DNA of 13,469 nucleotides from a virus (Duplodnaviria; Heunggongvirae; Uroviricota; Caudoviricetes): IMG/VR virus record IMGVR_UViG_2548876855_000021; one strand, 5' to 3'. Shown piece by piece: positions 8,545 to 13,469 of this stretch (position 1 is its first letter; each line of letters starts with the position of its first letter). The notes under the pieces were generated by a model. It saw only the letters and a program-made list of their open reading frames with translations, ran no database searches and was not told where the DNA came from. The position numbers and the translations under genes were made by a program.

Positions 8545-9092
8545 TGGCCCGAGTCACTCCAGACCAAGCGCTTATCAGTTTTAGAAATGCCCGTATTCTG
8601 TGGGCTGGACATAGTGAGAGCCGAAAAGCCGTTGAACAACAGATAGAATCACTCCTCACTGCCATGGAAAAACCAGCAGATTATGCTCGACAGCTCGAAT
8701 TACAGCGGGAACATCTGGATGTGCTGAAATGGCAAATTAACTGTGCTGCGCGCGAATGCATTTACTCGCAGCATCAACTGATGGAGGCCTGCACAGAAGA
8801 CGCTCTCAGCAATTTTATGCAGGCGAATGGAGCAGCCCTGACATCTGCACTGGCTCCGTTCCTGAAGGGGCGCGGAGGGGTTGACGTTGCGTCCCGTATA
8901 TTACGCAATGCTCTGGTTCGCCAGCTGGCAATAACACCGCCTGAAATTGCCGGGGATTATCGTATGATTCTGGATGAATCCGGTGTGATGCCTGACCCCA
9001 TGATGGTTCGTGATTGCCAGAGCTCTTACACCCCTGCACAACAACTGCGCTTTCAGCAACGTCTGGATTACATTAACGGCATGCAGGAGTAA
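8541..9092 (+). CDS. psu: Psu-like polarity suppression / capsid decoration protein
   Basis: 183-aa ORF; SNFMQANGAALTSALAPFL and SYTPAQQLRF match my recollection of P4 Psu (NDFMQQHGTALAAALAPEL; KFTPAQNMIF); P4 Psu is about 190 aa. Confidence 0.8.
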   Translation: MMARVTPDQALISFRNARILWAGHSESRKAVEQQIESLLTAMEKPADYARQLELQREHLDVLKWQINCAARECIYSQHQLMEACTEDALSNFMQANGAALTSALAPFLKGRGGVDVASRILRNALVRQLAITPPEIAGDYRMILDESGVMPDPMMVRDCQSSYTPAQQLRFQQRLDYINGMQE

Positions 9093-9097
9093 TATTA

Positions 9098-9370
9098 ATG
9101 GCACTTAAATGTCCCGAATGCGGTACGACGGCACACGCCAGAACCTCCGCCTATGAAGCACCATCGGTTAAACGCTCATGGTATCAGTGCCAGAATCTTG
9201 AATGTTCCTACACATTTACCGCACTGGAAAGTGTGGATACGATAATCATGAAGCCCCGGCGCAATGAACAGGAATCAGAGAAAGCACAAATGCCGGAAAA
9301 ACAACAGCAAACTCTCAATCGCTATGGCTCCGCGTCAAAGCTGTCAAGCCGTCAGCAAATTCCTGTCTGA
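9098..9370 (+). CDS. ogr: Ogr/Delta-family zinc-finger late transcription activator
   Basis: 90-aa ORF; CPECGTTAHARTS...YQCQNLECSYTF is the Cys-X2-Cys-X22-Cys-X4-Cys finger of P2 Ogr / P4 Delta; AGGAG ribosome-binding site just upstream. Confidence 0.85.
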   Translation: MALKCPECGTTAHARTSAYEAPSVKRSWYQCQNLECSYTFTALESVDTIIMKPRRNEQESEKAQMPEKQQQTLNRYGSASKLSSRQQIPV

Positions 9371-9390
9371 TTAGCAAAAAAAGCCCACGT

Positions 9391-9418
9391 AATCCCGGTC
9401 CAGTACTGGGATTTTTTA
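9391..9418 (+). terminator. Rho-independent terminator after the sid-psu-ogr operon
   Basis: Stem 9392-9399 (AUCCCGGU) pairs with 9405-9412 (ACUGGGAU, one G-U pair), 5-nt loop, followed by a T6 run at 9412-9417, about 20 nt after the ogr stop. Confidence 0.6.
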
Positions 9419-9723
9419 CGCCTTTTCCCTGGCTGGCCTGAGAGCGCATGAGTGCATGTCTATAGCGCATGAAAACGCATGATTCTCATGCACCATTTTT
9501 GACGCGAAAGCCCTTGTGTGGTGGCTTCTGAGACGATTTGCGGAATGCATGAAAACCAGTCTGTTAAGCGAAGCGAGCAGGCGTGGGGGGCTGCGCGCGC
9601 TAAGGGGTTAGATTATAAAATATCAAACGCCGGTGAGATCCATTATTGTGGAACCACCCGAAGGAAGTGTAGAGGCGAAAGTACCCAAAATAATTTTGCA
9701 AATTATTTAGAAATGAACTGAGC

Positions 9724-9749
9724 GCTCGAAACGAAATATAATTTCGAGC
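9724..9749 (-). terminator. Hairpin downstream of the minus-strand cassette (possible terminator)
   Basis: GCTCGAAA (9724-9731) and TTTCGAGC (9742-9749) form a perfect 8-bp stem with a 10-nt loop, about 30 nt past the stop of the last cassette ORF. No clear U-tract. Confidence 0.3.
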
Positions 9750-9779
9750 ACCCCAATTAGCAGTTATATTTTTAATGTA

Positions 9780-10346
9780 TTAAACAGGATAAAAACCAGA
9801 GCTTCCATTCTTATTTAAGTTATGGATTTTATTTGCATCATTAATTTTTATTTGGAACGTCGGACCTTTATTCTCAAGAATTACAATCTGGAAATTATAG
9901 TCCCTTTTGATTAATGCGTGATAAAATGAATCACTGAGACTGACGCTATTAACATCCGATAGAGAACCCCCTCTATCTTTATCAAAGTGCGTCACTAATG
10001 GACTATCAAGCACAACAAATCCAATGAATGGATTCCCTTTTCTTGATAAAAATTCCGCAAAGCAAATGGTAAATATAGCATGCATTACTGCACGGGTACC
10101 TTTACCAAACATTCCTCGGCGTTTCCCATTGATATTAAAGTCATATGTATCTTCGTCAAATCGCACTTTGTTATCTTTAGAATTTTCAAAATTTATATCA
10201 TTCAAAAAGTCTTGCATCGCTATTTCTATATCATACAAATCAGCTACTGTTAAGGAGTCAAAGTCCTCGGCGGAGTATTTAAGTTCGTCAACATCATCTT
10301 CTTTATCTTGTAATGAAGATAGAATGCTATGTTTTGTGTGATCCAT
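9780..10346 (-). CDS. C-terminal head segment of an SMC/Rad50-like ABC ATPase (signature-like and Walker B-like motifs); possibly a fragment of a split or pseudogenised gene
   Basis: 188-aa ORF with ATG start overlapping an upstream stop as TAATG. MFGKGTRAVMHAIFTICFAEF followed by GFVVLDSPLVTHFD resembles the ABC signature helix then Walker B (hhhhD), but with Ser where the catalytic Glu is expected. Same reading frame as the two upstream ATPase ORFs. Confidence 0.55.
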   Translation of the reverse strand: MDHTKHSILSSLQDKEDDVDELKYSAEDFDSLTVADLYDIEIAMQDFLNDINFENSKDNKVRFDEDTYDFNINGKRRGMFGKGTRAVMHAIFTICFAEFLSRKGNPFIGFVVLDSPLVTHFDKDRGGSLSDVNSVSLSDSFYHALIKRDYNFQIVILENKGPTFQIKINDANKIHNLNKNGSSGFYPV

Positions 10347-10427
10347 TAAAAGATTGTCTTTATATTCATAAAGTGATTCAAGAGATGAATGTATTGTTTT
10401 ATATTTTTATCTTCTAACGTCTTAAAA

Positions 10428-10937
10428 TCACTTTTTTTCTGATTGATAAATTTCATTAACATCATTTTTTCTTAACATAATTAATTCATGTTCGCGAACA
10501 TTAGATCCGATTGATTCAATTAATCCTTTCAGCTGGCTTTTGATTTTCAATTTTTCTGCATTACACGACAAAAAACAATCATCATATGATATTTCATTTT
10601 CTTTTTTTTGCGGTGTATTACAGAACTCACAATAAATATCTGCAAAATTATTTAAATAGAAATTCGCCTGTGATACAACATCTATTCTTTGTAGATCTAT
10701 AAAGTATTGGTCTTTAAGAAGACTAAATCTTTCAATGAGTAATGATAAGTATTTTTCCCTGTCACTGATTGAATATAATTCATCACTTAACTCTTTTAAT
10801 AATTGCTTCTTATCATCAAGTGCATCAACAATACCTTTCAATATATCTTTCGATGATTCAATATCTTGCTCTACTTTCTCAAGTTCTCTTGAAACAATGA
10901 CTTGATCATATTCAGGATAAATTAATTGCGCTTTCAA
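10428..10937 (-). CDS. Coiled-coil segment with a CxxC...CxxxC motif (putative zinc hook) of an SMC/Rad50-like ATPase; no canonical start codon
   Basis: 169-aa ORF rich in E/K/L/Q heptad-like sequence with CEFC-X17-CFLSC in the middle. The track start is TTG with poorly spaced Shine-Dalgarno sequence; it is in frame with the upstream ORF and separated from it by a single TAA (10968-10970). Confidence 0.45.
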   Translation of the reverse strand: MKAQLIYPEYDQVIVSRELEKVEQDIESSKDILKGIVDALDDKKQLLKELSDELYSISDREKYLSLLIERFSLLKDQYFIDLQRIDVVSQANFYLNNFADIYCEFCNTPQKKENEISYDDCFLSCNAEKLKIKSQLKGLIESIGSNVREHELIMLRKNDVNEIYQSEKK

Positions 10938-10967
10938 TTCCTCATAAATATTTGCAATTTGATTTTT

Positions 10968-11627
10968 TTAAAAATATCTTGCTTTTTTATTTGGTTTTTC
11001 TGCTAAGGAGTTAGTATCATCTCTCTGAGTTAAAAGGAATTTAAATTCAGACTTTCTTTTTGTCTCCTCGCTAGGAATATCAGAAAGAATTAACGACTTC
11101 TCAGTTAACACTCTTAATTCATCAATACAAAAAAATTCAAAAACATTATTAAGATTAAATTTATGAAGAGTATTACTTAAGTTTGTTCTTACTTTAGCCT
11201 CTTTGAAATTCAACCTACCATAAAAGTATGATGAAAAACTCTTTTTAGACGAAGCACTTTTGGAAAAAACCATCAACAGATTAGCTTCACTAACATTTTC
11301 AATGCTCGAATCATATAATCTGTAATGGGCGCTATCCTGAAGAGACCTCTCAATTGTCATTACCCTACCTTGAAAATTAAATTCCAGATAGGCTAAATCA
11401 TAACCTTGAGCATGATCGATATCTTTATTTTTTAGTTTTTCACTCCCTAATAAATATCGAATCAAATAATATATGTATGTTTTTCCAGAGTCAGAACCAC
11501 CATATAAAATAGTCAATTTAGAACCAAATTCAATTATAGCATCTAATTTATTGAATCCGGTTACCTTTATTTTTCTGAACGTAAAAAAATTGTCATTCAT
11601 AATTAAATTCCATATCATATTTGCCAA
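10968..11627 (-). CDS. N-terminal head segment of an SMC/Rad50/RecF-like ABC ATPase (Walker A)
   Basis: FRKIKVTGFNKLDAIIEFGSKLTILYGGSDSGKTYIYYLIRYLLG matches the canonical SMC-type N-terminal head with a GxxxxGKT P-loop. The track start is TTG at 11627; a more likely start is ATG at 11618 or 11600 (the latter overlaps the upstream stop as ATGAATGA). Confidence 0.6.
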   Translation of the reverse strand: MANMIWNLIMNDNFFTFRKIKVTGFNKLDAIIEFGSKLTILYGGSDSGKTYIYYLIRYLLGSEKLKNKDIDHAQGYDLAYLEFNFQGRVMTIERSLQDSAHYRLYDSSIENVSEANLLMVFSKSASSKKSFSSYFYGRLNFKEAKVRTNLSNTLHKFNLNNVFEFFCIDELRVLTEKSLILSDIPSEETKRKSEFKFLLTQRDDTNSLAEKPNKKARYF

Positions 11628-12051
11628 TTTTATTTTTTATAATTGATTGCAACTGCTCATCAGGAATATCACTATATAACTTAACCACCAAATTTATATT
11701 ATGCTCCATCTGCGCAACATATTCATTATGTAGAGAATTTGTAAATGCATATGTTTTTTCAGAAGCTTTATATACAAAACCACGATGTGTATAAATTTTT
11801 GAGGCTAGTTCATAGCCTTGCAACAAAGCCAATGATTCTAAAACAATCTCTCGTTTTAGGGCTAACTGAGCATCTCTACGGGGTATTGGAGGATGAAGAC
11901 TAATCTCTTCAGGTAAAAAATCCTTAAGATTTACTAAAATAAAATCAAAACAAATAAGCCGTTCAAGGCTTAATGAAGAAGGATAAATAGCGACGAGCAC
12001 TTTCGCCATTCGACATGCCACTTCTAAACTTGAATTATAAATTCTAACCAT
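11593..12051 (-). CDS. Hypothetical small protein (about 152 aa) of the cassette
   Basis: ORF in the track as 11593..12066 (TTG start); an ATG at 12049-12051 overlaps the upstream stop as TAATG, indicating translational coupling. No motif recognised. Confidence 0.55.
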   Translation of the reverse strand: MVRIYNSSLEVACRMAKVLVAIYPSSLSLERLICFDFILVNLKDFLPEEISLHPPIPRRDAQLALKREIVLESLALLQGYELASKIYTHRGFVYKASEKTYAFTNSLHNEYVAQMEHNINLVVKLYSDIPDEQLQSIIKNKIGKYDMEFNYE

Positions 12052-12668
12052 TATCTCACCGTCCAAATTACTTCACCATCATTAACCAAATGATGGCATA
12101 TTCCTTTTTTATCATTTGCTTCACATATTTTTGATAGTACTGAATGTGCAATTGGTGTCAGAACAGCCTGCTTCAAGACTGCATTACACCTAATAAATGC
12201 ATAATTATGGTCTTCATAAAAGACGGGTTCAATTGAAGATGAAATGTAACATTTCAATGCTTTGAATACATCATCTTTAAATACTTCGCGGACAAAAACC
12301 TCAAGCGAAGATGCAAAATAAAAATCATTTCTACTATTATTAAAGTGTCGTCTGTATGGATCATCAAGCTCTAAGAAAGAACTATAAGTTTTATTTCCAT
12401 GCTCTGAATAGGCTTGAAGCAGTGCATTAACATATACAGACTCTTTTTTTGAATTGTATGTTGGAATTTCATTTGGAGGGATTCTCACGACATACAGCTC
12501 GTTAAAGTACTTAAAATAAAGGTGTGTATTTGCAATATCATTTAAAATCAATGATAAGGGTAGAGAGTAAAAAATACTAAAATCAAAATCCTCAATATAT
12601 TTTTTTATTTCATCATCTAATGGAATATCAATCTTTTTAGTTATTTTTTTGAAATTGCTGAATCCCAT
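12051..12668 (-). CDS. Hypothetical protein of the cassette; possibly the C-terminal part of a nuclease-domain effector whose N-terminal part is the upstream ORF
   Basis: 205-aa ORF, ATG at 12668 with a weak ribosome-binding site, overlapping the upstream ORF by 28 nt in the -1 frame across an A7 tract. No motif recognised. Confidence 0.5.
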   Translation of the reverse strand: MGFSNFKKITKKIDIPLDDEIKKYIEDFDFSIFYSLPLSLILNDIANTHLYFKYFNELYVVRIPPNEIPTYNSKKESVYVNALLQAYSEHGNKTYSSFLELDDPYRRHFNNSRNDFYFASSLEVFVREVFKDDVFKALKCYISSSIEPVFYEDHNYAFIRCNAVLKQAVLTPIAHSVLSKICEANDKKGICHHLVNDGEVIWTVR

Positions 12669-13057
12669 GAATCAAGGACTGCTTTTTTAAGCTCGTTTTT
12701 ATTTTTCAATAAATTAGAAAATGTAGTAGATAAATCATAGGGTGCCACAAAAAAGTACTTCTGAGGGATGGGATAATCACCATTCAGAGTAAAATAGATA
12801 AGTTTTCCAAACTCAACTACAACATCAGAGAACCCTAAACTTTTTTTGTACAGTTTGCATTGATAATTATCCCAAGAATAACCTTCTACGTTAGGATCCG
12901 ATTTATATCCAACAACGTCTCTACCTTTATCTCCAGCTCCTCCCAAACGTTCGCTCCACGGGTAATCATCTGATTTACAGACAATAAGCCAATCATGGAC
13001 AAATACCTCCCATTGTTCATCATCCCATGTCAATATTTCCGAAAGTGGTTGAGACAC
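12641..13057 (-). CDS. Mrr-like (PD-(D/E)xK) restriction-endonuclease-fold domain protein
   Basis: 138-aa ORF with GTG start and a strong AAGGAG Shine-Dalgarno sequence 7 nt upstream. WEVFVHDWLIVCKSDDYPWSERLGGAGDKGRDVVGY followed by DNYQCKLY resembles the Mrr catalytic-domain pattern (GDGGIDG ... QCK) as I remember it. Confidence 0.55.
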   Translation of the reverse strand: MSQPLSEILTWDDEQWEVFVHDWLIVCKSDDYPWSERLGGAGDKGRDVVGYKSDPNVEGYSWDNYQCKLYKKSLGFSDVVVEFGKLIYFTLNGDYPIPQKYFFVAPYDLSTTFSNLLKNKNELKKAVLDSWDSAISKK

Positions 13058-13060
13058 AAA

Positions 13061-13414
13061 TTAACTCCTTTTTAGTCTTTCAAATATCAAATTACTGTAC
13101 CAGTCCATCATAGACTTCCTTCCACTAAAATATTGAGCATGGTTATAAGTCCCCCTAATAGAATTTTTATCTACATGAGCCAACTGGATTTCAATCCAAG
13201 CACTCTCAAAACCTTGCTCATGCAGGATTGTAGAAAGGGTATGACGAAAACCATGTCCAGTGACTTTTCCTCCATACCCAATACGCTTAATGGCTTGATT
13301 TATACTCGCTTCGCTCATTGGCCTATTCGGATCGTTCCGCCCTGGAAAAACATAACGATAGTTCCCTGTCATGATCTTGAGTTCATTGAGTAAATCTACC
13401 GCTTGAGATGATAA
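13061..13414 (-). pseudogene. int: P4-type tyrosine integrase, C-terminal catalytic fragment only (N-terminal about three quarters removed by IS insertion)
   Basis: Track ORF 13061..13372 (103 aa) carries the tyrosine-recombinase catalytic motifs HGFRHT, LAHVD and RGTYNH; a full P4-type integrase is about 400-440 aa. The frame upstream runs directly into the IS inverted repeat at 13415. Confidence 0.75.
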
Positions 13415-13469
13415 GTGAACCGCCCCGGAAATCCTGGAGACTAAACTCCCTGAGAAAGAGGTAAACAGG
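13415..13469 (+). mobile_element. Terminal inverted repeat of an IS3-family insertion sequence (same end as at 1-56); IS body lies outside the window to the right
   Basis: GTGAACCGCCCCGGAAATCCTGGAGACTAAACTCCCTGAGAAAGAGGTAAACAGG, the exact reverse complement of positions 2-56. Confidence 0.55.

Noticed and set aside
7671-9104. Minus-strand ORFs overlapping the sid-like and psu-like genes (7671..7883, 7835..8206, 8112..8339, 8815..9039, 8901..9104)
   Set aside because: Antisense shadow frames of genes supported by homology-like motifs and start-codon context.
9518-9721. Track ORF of 67 aa on the plus strand downstream of the terminator
   Set aside because: It lies after a strong terminator in the presumed cos/intergenic region, with no ribosome-binding site and an odd composition; likely spurious.
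10024-10341. Plus-strand ORF of 105 aa antisense to the ATPase C-terminal head ORF
   Set aside because: Antisense to a motif-supported ORF with no support of its own.
13133-13393. Plus-strand ORF of 86 aa antisense to the integrase fragment
   Set aside because: The opposite strand carries clear tyrosine-recombinase catalytic motifs.
1-13469. Possibility that the terminal inverted repeats mark one complete mobile element whose ends lie at the window edges
   Set aside because: The repeats match the outer end of an IS whose transposase would start just outside the window on both sides, and no transposase gene lies inside. They are better read as the inward-facing ends of two flanking IS copies.
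1-13469. CRISPR array, tRNA or rRNA genes
   Set aside because: No regularly spaced direct repeats with unique spacers were seen (the phased repeats at 7411-7625 are contiguous 10-bp units without spacers), and no tRNA-like T-loop (GGTTCGAATCC-type) or rRNA-like sequence was recognised. In particular, no tRNA attachment site for the P4-like element is present in the window.

Overview
The window looks like a degraded P4-like satellite prophage sitting between two outward-facing ends of an IS3-family insertion sequence (a perfect 55-bp inverted repeat at positions 2-56 and 13415-13469). All calls below come from reading the sequence and the ORF track by eye; no database search, HMM or folding was run, and family names are recalled from memory. 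From left to right: a short-chain dehydrogenase gene truncated by the left IS end, a LysR-type regulator, an AT-rich stretch with one 318-aa ORF of unknown function, a P4 alpha-like primase-helicase with two small upstream ORFs and an AlpA/Vis-like regulator (minus strand), an intergenic region with phased iteron-like repeats and TGT-N12-ACA motifs, then sid-like, psu-like and ogr/delta-like genes (plus strand) ending in a terminator. The most interesting part is a very AT-rich six-ORF cassette on the minus strand (9780-13057) in the psu-int position where P4-like elements are reported to carry anti-phage cargo. It starts 3 nt after the stop of an integrase remnant that is itself truncated by the right IS end. 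The cassette combines an Mrr-like nuclease N-terminal domain, two unknown small proteins, and an SMC/Rad50-like ATPase spread over three ORFs in the same reading frame (Walker A head, coiled coil with a CxxC motif, C-terminal head with a Walker B-like motif). This resembles a Lamassu/DdmABC-type system (nuclease effector, small protein, SMC-like ATPase), but the large genes are interrupted by in-frame stops and a frame change at poly-A tracts, so it may be a pseudogenised, recoded or mis-sequenced system rather than a functional novel one. No tRNA, rRNA or CRISPR array was recognised.
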